A DNA stretch of 64,000 nucleotides, taken from IMG/VR virus record IMGVR_UViG_3300025012_000003. One strand, 5' to 3'. The notes below the pieces were generated by a model. The model saw only the letters and a program-made list of their open reading frames with translations. It did no database searches and was not told the origin of the DNA. Source of the DNA: a virus. Made by a program: the position numbers and the translations under genes. Below, one piece after another: positions 37,331 through 46,889 of the stretch (its first letter is position 1; each line of letters starts with the position of its first letter).

Positions 37331-39055
37331 TTAAAACGTATCTGCTACATTAACACTACCGCCCCTAGGGGTTTCTGGAGGTGTTGGAGCTTCTGCTGTT
37401 ATAGTCGGAGTTTCTCCTGTGGGAGTCGTAGAAGTACTGGGTGCTCCTTGAGGAGCTTGAGTAGATAATTGAGGACCTTGGAAAGAAGTATTTCCCCTAT
37501 TAGAAACTCCAGAAGGGGTCATAGGCTCCCCGCCTCTATCAGGTAACATCGGTCTGCCTTTTCCATCAGCATATAATTTTAAAACTTTTTGCATTTTAGG
37601 GAAAGCAGCAGTATACATTTTAAAGAATTCTAATAATTCTTTACTATCTACTTCTAAGGCTATCTGGTCGGAAGAAGAAATCTCATTAAGTAAAGCTACA
37701 AAATCTTTAAGAGTAGTCATTACTGCTACTATTACTTCCATATCATCCATCAAATCCACGTTAGTAACAGATTTAAATTTAACTTTTATATCATTTTTTT
37801 CTACATAATATCCTTTATGAAATAGATGTTTCCACATTATATCTTTGATACCGTTACCATAGCATGTTTGTATATTCACTAATTTAGTAGAATATGCAGA
37901 ATAAACTTTTAACATATCTGTTTTACCCAGCAATTGGTCTCCGTATGCCAAATAGAAAGAAGGAACTCCCATAGCTAAAGCTATATTTTTTCTAACATCG
38001 TTTATTCTATTGTTTAAATCAGAACTATCAAAGTTAAATTGTATCTGTTCTATCCCACCCTTACCATCAGAAAACCTAGGAATAACTTTAAATCTTGAAG
38101 CTGTCTGAAGTATATCTCCTACGTTTAAATTCTCCATATTTAAAGCTTCTGTATTCATACTATTAAGTATATTCTCATATCTATCTATCGCTTCAGAGGT
38201 ATTAGTATTATCCATATCAGCATTCATATCTACGGATACTATAATAGGAGCTAAAACTCTTTTTAACTCTGAAGCCAATGCAGTAGTCTCTAATACGCTC
38301 AATTTCTTAACAGATGATAATACTGGATAGATTACCGATGTTCCAACTCTCACAGATTCTGGAACATCTATTATATCAGTATCAGTTTCTACCTTCACTC
38401 TTAATCTATTATTATTCAAGCAGAAATGTACTATCTCATCTTTATCAATAAGTTCAAATTTAGAAGCTTTTCTATTAAATCTAAAGAATGAGTCTATATC
38501 TCTCCCTTTGTAAATAGCCAAATAATCATCTAAATCACAATTATCTGTTATTTCTACCACTCCAACACCCTTAACTATCTTTGTTTTAAGAAAATATTCT
38601 CCCATTAACATAAAATCTGGAATAATATCAGAAGAAAGACCAGCTAAATCATGTTGGTCTACGAATCCGTCCATTATTTTTTGTATATCTTCATCTGTCT
38701 TATATCTTTTTTCTCTATTAGGAGAATATTCTATAGATATAAATTTATCGTCAGATACACTGCTAAAAGCATCATTATATAAAGAAGTTAGCAAAGTCTG
38801 TACAAGTTCATTATCTCGTACAGTCATTAAATTTTTTATTAAATCCTCCCTAGATTTAAAACTGGCTCCCATCTGTTTCATTATCTGACCGATAACATTA
38901 CTTCTGGAATAGTCCCCGTAAGAATCTATGGGTAAATTATACCTATTCGTTAAATCAAACGTCTTAGTACTATCAGGTTTTAAATCGTAATGACCTGTTA
39001 GTCCTCTAAATATATTCATTGCTTGACTTAATTCAAAACCACCACCAAAAGGCAT
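37331..39055 (-). CDS. Portal protein (gp20-like)
   Basis: Directly after terL; IALAMGVP.FYL motif, Pro-rich tail. Confidence 0.88.
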   Translation of the reverse strand: MPFGGGFELSQAMNIFRGLTGHYDLKPDSTKTFDLTNRYNLPIDSYGDYSRSNVIGQIMKQMGASFKSREDLIKNLMTVRDNELVQTLLTSLYNDAFSSVSDDKFISIEYSPNREKRYKTDEDIQKIMDGFVDQHDLAGLSSDIIPDFMLMGEYFLKTKIVKGVGVVEITDNCDLDDYLAIYKGRDIDSFFRFNRKASKFELIDKDEIVHFCLNNNRLRVKVETDTDIIDVPESVRVGTSVIYPVLSSVKKLSVLETTALASELKRVLAPIIVSVDMNADMDNTNTSEAIDRYENILNSMNTEALNMENLNVGDILQTASRFKVIPRFSDGKGGIEQIQFNFDSSDLNNRINDVRKNIALAMGVPSFYLAYGDQLLGKTDMLKVYSAYSTKLVNIQTCYGNGIKDIMWKHLFHKGYYVEKNDIKVKFKSVTNVDLMDDMEVIVAVMTTLKDFVALLNEISSSDQIALEVDSKELLEFFKMYTAAFPKMQKVLKLYADGKGRPMLPDRGGEPMTPSGVSNRGNTSFQGPQLSTQAPQGAPSTSTTPTGETPTITAEAPTPPETPRGGSVNVADTF

Positions 39056-39091
39056 ATAAAAACCTCCGAATAAACCTACTTATAATATAAA

Positions 39092-42016
39092 TTATTTAAA
39101 GTTCCATGTTTTATTTATTTGTTCTTTTTGTTGTTGTGTTCTAGCCTGTCTCATTAATTGAGATAATCCAAGTCCCAAATCAGGACTACCTCCATCTTTG
39201 TTAGATAAATCCATATAAACTTGATTTCTGTTCATATAATCTTTAGAATTAATACATTTCCAAATACCACCACATACAGAGTCGGCAATATCCTTAGAAT
39301 TATTAGATATGTGGTCTATCTTTTTATCCAAATCCCTAAGACCTAATAATTCTGTTATTAACAATTCATTTTTAACACCTATTATTTTATTAGTGTAAAC
39401 TAACTCTCTCAGAGTATAGTAAGGGTCTTTAGTTCTGTCCACGGATAAGTAATCAGTTTCCACATTACTTGTTCTCAAGAACTGTCTTGTAACATCCCCT
39501 TGAAACATGTCAGTAGTTATTACTTTTATAGGATATCCCATTTTTATTAGTAAGAATAAAAAGTCTATTACTTTTATTATGTTTATTTCTTCTCCCTTTT
39601 TAGCCTCTATGCCTATAGCAAAATCTACATAGAACATTCTCTCTCTTCTTTTTGCCCTAGGTATCTCTGGATTTTCTATAGTAGGTACTAATTCAAACTC
39701 TTCTAAGGTGCTATAGACAGAAGATAATCCAAATCTATCCTTTTTAGTAGCTATATCTAAGTGTACAAATCTAAAACTGTCTTGATGTAGAGGTCTTTTG
39801 AAGTATTCGAGATTAGTAACATAGTTTTCTAATTTATCGGAAGGGTCGCTAAAACTCATACTGATAGTATCGCTAACAAATCGGTTAGGATTCACAAATA
39901 AACTTCTAATAAGTTGTCTTGATTTAAATAAAGATACATCTGCATGAACTCTACGTCCCGCTATATCTCTTATGTTTCTTATTAAGGCTTCTTTAAACTC
40001 AGTATAATAATTATAAGGAACATCTATTATACTCTCTTCCATATCTGGAGTAGTTTTTTCATCATCTTCTATTACTTTAGGGTCTCTCTTAGCATCTCCC
40101 AAGAAAACTTTAAAAGTATCCTTAGTAAAAGCTCCCTTTACCTGCCAAGCCGAAAGATTATCTCGGTAGTTACCAAAAGGGTTAGATTTTACAGTCTCTA
40201 TAGCAGAATTCAAGTAGTCCTGCTCATCTACAGGAGAACTTACCAACCATAAAATACCAGGCATGAAATCGCTAAATTTATCAAACCTAGATTTTCTTCT
40301 TGTTTTAAAGAGTTGGTGAATATCTTCAGCCTTTTTAATAGCCTCTTTACCTAAATAGTAAGATACTTCGTCCATTAAACAACTAAAATTCATCTTACCT
40401 AACAAGTGGTTTATGTTAGAACCAATATTTACTAGGATTATATCATTAATAATTACACCTTCATCGGAGGCTGTGGTTCTAGCTTTAGGGGTAGCTTTCT
40501 TCTCTATAAAATAGGGAGATGTATTTACCATACCTAGGAATTTAGAGAAAGCAACAGAACTTCCCTGAGCTTTATCAGGTGTCATAATAGTAAAAGCAAA
40601 AGGGTCTAACTTCTTAGTCTGTAAATAATATGTGTACGGGTCTTTTAAACACATTAATTTATACATCTCATATACCATAGATGCTATAGCTATGGTTGTG
40701 TTATGAGTAACAGTAAAATCTCCTAACATATAAAGATGATTACCGTCTAATTCAAATCCATAATAGTCCCCCTCCCCCAAAGATTCCACTTTGAATCCTG
40801 TTTTAAGAGGGTCTTTGTTTAATTCTCTATTGCTCATCTTTTTTCTTAATAGCACTGTGGGAATATCACACAAAGTGCCAGATATATAGACATTATAATA
40901 AGTGTCTTTAAAATTAATTTTTTTAATAGTTTTAACAGATTCTTTTAAGGAAGATTGCATCCCTAAAGACCTTGCTAAATAAACATAGTCCTCAGCTAAA
41001 TCTTTATATTTAGTAGTTATGGTAATCTGCCCCCCATTATGATTCACATAGCCGTCAGAGTCTACTATCCCCGCTAATAATTTTAACCTAGATTCTTCAG
41101 AATTTTGTAAATACTCGGGTAATATTCTCTTATGCCCCGATTTAGTAGAATTTTTAATGACATTCAGAAATATATTTCTACCCGCCTTACCCGAAGTCTT
41201 TCCAGTAGTTAGTCTATATGTAGAAGACTTATTACCCTCCTGAGAATATTTGTGTACTTCTAAACCTATAGCTTTACCGTAGTTACACCAGATATCCTCT
41301 ATCTCTTTATCAGCAGTAGTAAGATAAGAACCTTCAGTAGCACCATCTCCTATCCAAAGACCATATATGTAAGGGTCTATCTTTAATTCCTTCTTATTAA
41401 AAGAAACTTCTTTTCTGTATAATTTATATAGATTCTTAAAGTTACTACTTTTATTTATATAATCCCTCATAGATATATTCTCTATTTCATTAACTCTATC
41501 AGTTCTGCCATCGTTAGTTCTTTTTAGACTTAGTATATGGGATTCATTACATGTGAAAGACTCCCCTCCCCTATTAGGTATGATTCTATACATGTTTTCT
41601 CTACCCCTAGCAAGAGATAATACGTTTCTAGGAGTAGAATCATCCCCCATTAATTTATCTCCAACTACTACATCTTCCACATTCTTAATAGAACCGTCAT
41701 ACATAAGTATCTTGGTACCTAGTCCATGACACTTACCTACACCTATGGCGGTAGAAAGTATAAACTCGTTATACATGTTTATACAAGGATGAGGATGTAT
41801 CTCTTGTAATAATTCTAACCAATAATCATAAATCTCGTCGCCTAGAGAATTTCCTAAGTAATAAGGGTCTTTTATAAAAGTAACAATATCTACAGGTTTT
41901 TCTATATAGGAATCTTCCTCAGCATAATAAATAGCCTCTCCCTTATCCCAGATTGAGAGGTCTTTATAATTAGTGAAAACATCCTCAGTATAGTTAATTC
42001 TCTGGAGGTAAGTCAT
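39092..42016 (-). CDS. terL: Terminase large subunit containing an intein
   Basis: Walker A AIGVGK/TT split by the intein, LMDEV Walker B, HLD.A nuclease motif, KDIADSVCG. Confidence 0.93.
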   Translation of the reverse strand: MTYLQRINYTEDVFTNYKDLSIWDKGEAIYYAEEDSYIEKPVDIVTFIKDPYYLGNSLGDEIYDYWLELLQEIHPHPCINMYNEFILSTAIGVGKCHGLGTKILMYDGSIKNVEDVVVGDKLMGDDSTPRNVLSLARGRENMYRIIPNRGGESFTCNESHILSLKRTNDGRTDRVNEIENISMRDYINKSSNFKNLYKLYRKEVSFNKKELKIDPYIYGLWIGDGATEGSYLTTADKEIEDIWCNYGKAIGLEVHKYSQEGNKSSTYRLTTGKTSGKAGRNIFLNVIKNSTKSGHKRILPEYLQNSEESRLKLLAGIVDSDGYVNHNGGQITITTKYKDLAEDYVYLARSLGMQSSLKESVKTIKKINFKDTYYNVYISGTLCDIPTVLLRKKMSNRELNKDPLKTGFKVESLGEGDYYGFELDGNHLYMLGDFTVTHNTTIAIASMVYEMYKLMCLKDPYTYYLQTKKLDPFAFTIMTPDKAQGSSVAFSKFLGMVNTSPYFIEKKATPKARTTASDEGVIINDIILVNIGSNINHLLGKMNFSCLMDEVSYYLGKEAIKKAEDIHQLFKTRRKSRFDKFSDFMPGILWLVSSPVDEQDYLNSAIETVKSNPFGNYRDNLSAWQVKGAFTKDTFKVFLGDAKRDPKVIEDDEKTTPDMEESIIDVPYNYYTEFKEALIRNIRDIAGRRVHADVSLFKSRQLIRSLFVNPNRFVSDTISMSFSDPSDKLENYVTNLEYFKRPLHQDSFRFVHLDIATKKDRFGLSSVYSTLEEFELVPTIENPEIPRAKRRERMFYVDFAIGIEAKKGEEINIIKVIDFLFLLIKMGYPIKVITTDMFQGDVTRQFLRTSNVETDYLSVDRTKDPYYTLRELVYTNKIIGVKNELLITELLGLRDLDKKIDHISNNSKDIADSVCGGIWKCINSKDYMNRNQVYMDLSNKDGGSPDLGLGLSQLMRQARTQQQKEQINKTWNFK
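40700..41731 (-). mobile_element. LAGLIDADG homing-endonuclease intein (344 aa) in the terL P-loop
   Basis: Begins CHGLGTKILMYDG; GLWIGDG and LAGIVDSDG blocks; ends VTHN followed by Thr. Confidence 0.95.
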
Positions 42017-42473
42017 TGTTCTCTCTAGCTCTTCTCTTCATCTCATTAACAAATTCTCTTATCTTAGCATCTTGGGCTATGCTTCCAGACTTGTGAGACG
42101 GAAGCTCTTGAAAATAAGCTCGGAGTATTTCATTCTTAGTAGAGATATCATATAGCTTAGTTAAAAAACCTAAACTGGCATATTTGGATTTTACAACACT
42201 ATTTAACAACTGTATTAAATCTTTGGGTTCTAAAGCAAAAATAAATTCATCAGAGCATAGGTACTTTTCTATCTTCCTAATAATTCTATTACACTTTCTA
42301 ACACAACCCATTTCATTTGAAACTAACCCCATGAACTTATCAGGGGTTAGATTCTTTTTTATCCTGTTCTTAGTATTTACTAAGGTTTTTACTTCCGCAG
42401 TAATATCTATTATCTTATCTTTATTATCATCAGAATCCATATTACAAAATAATCTCCATAGAATCATTATCAA
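41994..42473 (-). CDS. Terminase small subunit candidate
   Basis: Helical protein overlapping the terL start. Confidence 0.45.
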   Translation of the reverse strand: MIMILWRLFCNMDSDDNKDKIIDITAEVKTLVNTKNRIKKNLTPDKFMGLVSNEMGCVRKCNRIIRKIEKYLCSDEFIFALEPKDLIQLLNSVVKSKYASLGFLTKLYDISTKNEILRAYFQELPSHKSGSIAQDAKIREFVNEMKRRARENNDLPPEN

Positions 42474-42789
42474 TAATTTCTATAAATTCTTGGTAGATGT
42501 CTAAAGTTTTAGCTTTATCTATTTTCTTTTTAGGATTAACAGTAACCTTAGAAAATATTTCCTCGGCTTCTTGTATGAACCCGTAAAGTTTTTCCTCTTT
42601 CGGAAAACTTACTTTTTTACCAGCACACATAAAAAAGAATTTGAAGATATCCACTCCCACATCTTTGTATATAGAATATAAAGTGGGAAAGTCTAAATTC
42701 ATATTCCTACTAATATAGAACAGGATGCAAGTGGTTCTATTCACTGGTATTTTTAACGATGGTTGAATTGTTGTTTCAGCATGTTCCAT
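42442..42789 (-). CDS. Mor-like transcription activator candidate
   Basis: VGVDIFKFFFMCAGKKVSFPK resembles the Mor-family G...GG..YiP motif; next to the sigma factor. Confidence 0.4.
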   Translation of the reverse strand: MEHAETTIQPSLKIPVNRTTCILFYISRNMNLDFPTLYSIYKDVGVDIFKFFFMCAGKKVSFPKEEKLYGFIQEAEEIFSKVTVNPKKKIDKAKTLDIYQEFIEIIDNDSMEIIL

Positions 42790-43349
42790 AATAAATCTTT
42801 CCTCACCGCATCTAACTTATGTAACTCATTTATATCCACATTTTCAAGCTCTTTTAACTTTTCGTATTGTTTGACAATATCACAATAATACTCTATATCA
42901 TCATAAGCATCGTCGTATTTTAATTTGCTACAGTAATTCTCCACGTTATCTAAATTATCATCTTCTATCTCTTCATCTTCTAAAGAGTCATTTGAGAATA
43001 ATCTTAATTCATCTTTATTTATGTACTCAAAATCTAAAGATATAGGATTTTGATTATTTATTAAACGATAATTGACTTTAGTACAATAATTTCTAACTAT
43101 TGTATGAATGAAAGTTCCCAGACATCCCTTATTAACATCATAGTTTTTTAAAACTTTTTCATAGATAACTACGAAACAATCATTAATGTTATCTTCATTA
43201 AACTGTTTCTGTAATAAGTATTTATTTAAAAGTCTTTTAACATAAGCAATTATTTGAAAATAAAATTCTTTACTACAAAGACCTTCTCTGTCATAGATAT
43301 CTTGTATTTTTTTATAATTACCATATAATTTTTTTGGTGTTTCAGACAT
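42753..43349 (-). CDS. Phage RNA polymerase sigma factor (region 2-like)
   Basis: D.INDCF..I.EKVL.NYD.NKG.LGTFI..IVRN sigma-2 pattern. Confidence 0.75.
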   Translation of the reverse strand: MSETPKKLYGNYKKIQDIYDREGLCSKEFYFQIIAYVKRLLNKYLLQKQFNEDNINDCFVVIYEKVLKNYDVNKGCLGTFIHTIVRNYCTKVNYRLINNQNPISLDFEYINKDELRLFSNDSLEDEEIEDDNLDNVENYCSKLKYDDAYDDIEYYCDIVKQYEKLKELENVDINELHKLDAVRKDLLWNMLKQQFNHR

Positions 43350-43358
43350 ATAGTTTCC

Positions 43359-43520
43359 TTAATCATTCAAATTGAAGTTATGTGAATTATCTATATTATC
43401 ATTTAAATTCATCTTCTTACTATCTGTTTTATCTTCTGTTTGAGGTTCTTCTTGAACTACTTTTAACTTACATTTGCAGTTCGGACATTCTAAATCAATA
43501 CATTTACAGTTCTCACACAT
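43359..43520 (-). CDS. Small Zn-ribbon protein (53 aa); not in the ORF track
   Basis: MCENCKCIDLECPNCKCK... Confidence 0.6.
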   Translation of the reverse strand: MCENCKCIDLECPNCKCKLKVVQEEPQTEDKTDSKKMNLNDNIDNSHNFNLND

Positions 43521-43521
43521 A

Positions 43522-44457
43522 TTAGTAACCCTCCTGAAAGTCTTGTATAAAATCTACATTAGGTAATTTATTATGTTTTAATAAAATAGCATGGATAATA
43601 TCATGTTTAAATTTAAATTTAGAACTATAAGTTTTAAGATTAGGTATAAATAAATTAGTAGTTTCAACAAGTTCTAAAAGATTAACTATCTGTAACTCTT
43701 CTTTTTCAATATATTTTCTTATTTTCTTACTTTGAGATTTATTTATTAATTTATCTTTCTCAAAAGATAATAATAAATTAATACAAGATTCAGAATCCAC
43801 ACTAATATTTTGTAAGTGTTGAATTGTTTTATCTATATTAACTTTTTTAACATTATCAATAAGGTCTAAAAAATATCTATTATGGTCTGTTTCTGGAAGA
43901 ATTTCATTTTTTAATCTTATCTTAGTATGGGGAATTAATATTTCTGAATTTTTTTCAGAATCTACAGAACTTACTTTGTAGAAGCCGACATTAACTACCA
44001 TGGGTTTAGAAAATAATATAGGATAGTCTATAAAAGTTCCTAACATATAAGAATCATTTACTATTTTATCGGTAGTCAGGAAATATCTTTGATACCCAGA
44101 TTTTAAATCCTCTTCAATAAAAATCCAATCTTTACTAATAGGTACCCTGTCTCCCAACTCATTAAAATATTCGGAATCTAGCATGGTAACAAATTCTATA
44201 GTATCGTTTCTTTTTAAAACTATGAGTTCCTTATCTTGGGGAGTGAATAATTGTTTTTGATTTAACAACAATTCCATCTGAGTTTCTACAGGTTGTTTTA
44301 TAAAATAGCTTACGGGAATTTTTAAACTTTTAAGAAAAGTCTCAGTACCCGAGTTAGACATTTTAAAAGGATAGTTATCTTCAAAAAATTTATCTATCTC
44401 CTTAACACTTAAAGTATATATCTCACCACTTAAAAATTTGTCTCTAATTAACTTCAT
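43522..44457 (-). CDS. DUF932-like protein
   Basis: FL..LKIP.SYF.KQP...Q.ELL motif. Confidence 0.4.
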   Translation of the reverse strand: MKLIRDKFLSGEIYTLSVKEIDKFFEDNYPFKMSNSGTETFLKSLKIPVSYFIKQPVETQMELLLNQKQLFTPQDKELIVLKRNDTIEFVTMLDSEYFNELGDRVPISKDWIFIEEDLKSGYQRYFLTTDKIVNDSYMLGTFIDYPILFSKPMVVNVGFYKVSSVDSEKNSEILIPHTKIRLKNEILPETDHNRYFLDLIDNVKKVNIDKTIQHLQNISVDSESCINLLLSFEKDKLINKSQSKKIRKYIEKEELQIVNLLELVETTNLFIPNLKTYSSKFKFKHDIIHAILLKHNKLPNVDFIQDFQEGY

Positions 44458-45175
44458 AAACTCCTCCTAAATCTTCTATAGCAAATTTTAGTTTATTTAA
44501 AAATTTATCCAATCCATTAGGATTGTTCAAGAACATAGCACAGTCTTTGTGTTCTGGGGTAATAACTTTATGTTGAACATGCCAATCTGTGGATGTAGTA
44601 AGTATCGTGTGTATCCTATTCTCTTCCTTGTTAGTAGATTTTTTACCTACATTTTTTTCTTTATCTTTGTCATTATCATAGCATAAAACTATTTTAGAAA
44701 TAACATTCTTAAAAATCTCTAAATTGCTAATGGTTATCTCAGAACCATTCAAGGCTAAACAATATTTATAATACTGTTTTAACCAAATAGCATCTTTAAC
44801 ACCTTCGCAGATAACTACAGGTTTGTCATAACTAAAATCTGAAAAATCTTCCCATCCAAAGATAGGGGGAACACTGTCTTTGTAATTAAACACAGTTCTG
44901 TATTCTTTTTGGTCATATCCTCTTAACACGAATCCTATTATTTTTTTGCTAGGAGTGGCTAAAGGAATCATCCAGAAACAAGGATTTTCTTCAAAGTACT
45001 TCCAGAAGGTTTTAATAGGGTATTGATATTTTATAGTATCTTTAACTATAACCATACTTACAGGAAGACCAGTTTTAAGTTGAAAACATTTAAAGTTTTC
45101 GTTCTCCTCTGGAACTAACCCACTTATAGGAATAGAATTCTTATAAAGTTTTATAAAATCCTTTAACAAACCCAA
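44444..45175 (-). CDS. DNA primase (TOPRIM core, no Zn-binding domain)
   Basis: IIGFVLR, ICEGVKDAI, LALNG, LCYDND motifs. Confidence 0.85.
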   Translation of the reverse strand: MGLLKDFIKLYKNSIPISGLVPEENENFKCFQLKTGLPVSMVIVKDTIKYQYPIKTFWKYFEENPCFWMIPLATPSKKIIGFVLRGYDQKEYRTVFNYKDSVPPIFGWEDFSDFSYDKPVVICEGVKDAIWLKQYYKYCLALNGSEITISNLEIFKNVISKIVLCYDNDKDKEKNVGKKSTNKEENRIHTILTTSTDWHVQHKVITPEHKDCAMFLNNPNGLDKFLNKLKFAIEDLGGVYEVN

Positions 45176-45199
45176 TCCTCAATATTCACCCATAACAAT

Positions 45200-45228
45200 A
45201 TTATAACACAACGCAAAGGATATGTCAA
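45200..45228 (-). promoter_or_regulatory. Consensus sigma70 promoter for the primase operon
   Basis: TTGACA-N17-TATAAT with TG. Confidence 0.88.
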
Positions 45229-45340
45229 TACTACATAAATATATTTAATTTTAATTAGAATGAGGCAAATATTACAAAGATGCTAATATGACAGAGTGTG
45301 GTCAATGTGCAAAGGTAATTAAGCCTAGATTCAATGATAG

Positions 45341-45400
45341 CAAGATACAATTACTACTATGTAAGTTTGTATAGTTTCGTTTCTTGTTATTAAGATTAAT
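45341..45400. repeat. 60-bp direct repeat, copy 1
   Basis: CAAGATACAA...TAAGATTAAT, identical to 45760-45819. Confidence 0.97.
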
Positions 45401-45700
45401 GGTACGGGATTTCCATATACAATCAAAGTTTACTCTTCTTAACAGGGTTAAATTACCCCATTCTCCTCAAAGAGAGGTAACTATGAACGTGCTTTTTAAC
45501 CTATTAGGGTAACAGGTCTGGGCTTTAAAAGAACAACTGTATGGGAAACTTCTGTAACTATTTAAGTGAGATTGCTTTTTTATCAGCGTTTCACTCAGTA
45601 CATTCACTCTATTAGAGTGGTTTAACAATTTATTTACAGGGAGACTTCGTTGTTGCATACAGAAGAGTATAAACTAATTTCTTCAGCAATTTACCCATCT
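45401..45700 (-). ncRNA. Candidate structured non-coding RNA
   Basis: Consensus promoter, no convincing ORF or RBS, long-range closing stem and several hairpins. Confidence 0.35.
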
Positions 45701-45706
45701 GATAAC

Positions 45707-45735
45707 ATTTTAGCATATTATTATTATTATGTCAA
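45707..45735 (-). promoter_or_regulatory. sigma70-type promoter inside the repeat-flanked island
   Basis: TTGACA-N17-TAAAAT with TG. Confidence 0.8.
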
Positions 45736-45759
45736 GATTTTTAATTCCTTCAGTTTTGA

Positions 45760-45819
45760 CAAGATACAATTACTACTATGTAAGTTTGTATAGTTTCGTT
45801 TCTTGTTATTAAGATTAAT
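45760..45819. repeat. 60-bp direct repeat, copy 2
   Basis: Identical to 45341-45400. Confidence 0.97.
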
Positions 45820-45859
45820 TCTCTAAAGAGAAAAGAAATATAAATATATTTATATAATA

Positions 45860-46261
45860 TTAAACTCTATAATAAGGAGTTTTATAAACTCCCATATCTC
45901 CAAATAAGTCTAATTTATAGTTTCTCTTATCTGCTATTCTTTTTTTAAAATTATTACTGATGTTTAATTCTGCTAATTCATTAAAAAGGTTCTGAATAAA
46001 TTCAGAGTTGAACAAATTATGTAACCTATCTGTCTTTTTAAGATTGTTGAAACTCACTATTAAACATATTGAATTACCATCTCTATGGTAATCGAATTTT
46101 GCTTTATACAATTTTCCTAAAGCTTCTTCTTTTTTATACCTATCTAATATTTTCATAACATCATATATATCTGATTTAGATATTTCTTCTTCCTCGAAAG
46201 ATTCCTCTTCTTTTTCGGAATCTAGCTTATCCATTATCTGTTTTATAAAATCTAAAGACAT
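45860..46261 (-). CDS. Hypothetical protein
   Basis: Late-promoter motif at 46293; RBS. Confidence 0.6.
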   Translation of the reverse strand: MSLDFIKQIMDKLDSEKEEESFEEEEISKSDIYDVMKILDRYKKEEALGKLYKAKFDYHRDGNSICLIVSFNNLKKTDRLHNLFNSEFIQNLFNELAELNISNNFKKRIADKRNYKLDLFGDMGVYKTPYYRV

Positions 46262-46306
46262 AAATCCACCCTGACATATTATGTTTTCTAAATATAATAT
46301 AAAAAA

Positions 46307-46333
46307 TATCCGTCGATTTAAGGTCGACGGATA
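46307..46333 (-). terminator. Rho-independent terminator
   Basis: TATCCGTCGA/TCGACGGATA stem with a T tract. Confidence 0.85.
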
Positions 46334-46356
46334 AAACTTATTACTATCTTTACAGA

Positions 46357-46875
46357 TTATACACTAGGCTTGATTGAAGGATTTCCTCCAGATTGTACAT
46401 TTTTATCCACTTTATCAGCAGTGCTTTTTCTTGTAATGATACCCATAATGTTATCAATATACTGTTGAAGTTGTGGGTCCATTTGACCACCCATAGCTGA
46501 TTTAAGATACTCAGCAACTCCTAAAGCACCCTCTTTTCCAGTAGAGTTAGGATTCATGATTTTTTCTAAGGCACTAAGCATCAAAATATTTTCATTAATC
46601 AATTCTTCTGATTTAGCTTTTGTTTTACCTTCTCCAGATATATTTTTAGGGACAGTATGTTCAATATCTGGGGCTTTATCATTTTTTGATTTAGCGGGTT
46701 TAGCCTTATCCACTCTTTTTTTAACTCTTTTCAGGTCTACTTTTTGGGTAGTTCCTTCCCCAGATATATCGCTAGGGGTAGTATGCTGTATCTCTACTTC
46801 TTTAGCTGATTCTTGCATCTTTCTTAATTGTAGTCTAGCTATAAAGTCATAAGAACTTTCAAATCTTTCGTTCAT
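46357..46875 (-). CDS. Hypothetical protein with a duplicated I.HT.P..ISGEG motif
   Basis: Repeat visible in the translation; highly expressed-type codons. Confidence 0.6.
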   Translation of the reverse strand: MNERFESSYDFIARLQLRKMQESAKEVEIQHTTPSDISGEGTTQKVDLKRVKKRVDKAKPAKSKNDKAPDIEHTVPKNISGEGKTKAKSEELINENILMLSALEKIMNPNSTGKEGALGVAEYLKSAMGGQMDPQLQQYIDNIMGIITRKSTADKVDKNVQSGGNPSIKPSV

Positions 46876-46889
46876 TTTAATACTCCCAT

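Noticed and set aside
45467-45658. 63-aa ORF MQQRSLPV
   Set aside because: No RBS and atypical composition; treated as non-coding.
45401-45700. Group I intron, tmRNA, tRNA or hammerhead ribozyme
   Set aside because: A P-like AAATTGCTGAA is present but there are no Q/R/S elements, T-arm, acceptor stem or complete ribozyme core.
45341-45819. CRISPR array or mini-array
   Set aside because: Only two repeats, 60 bp long with a 359-bp interval; no cas genes in the window.
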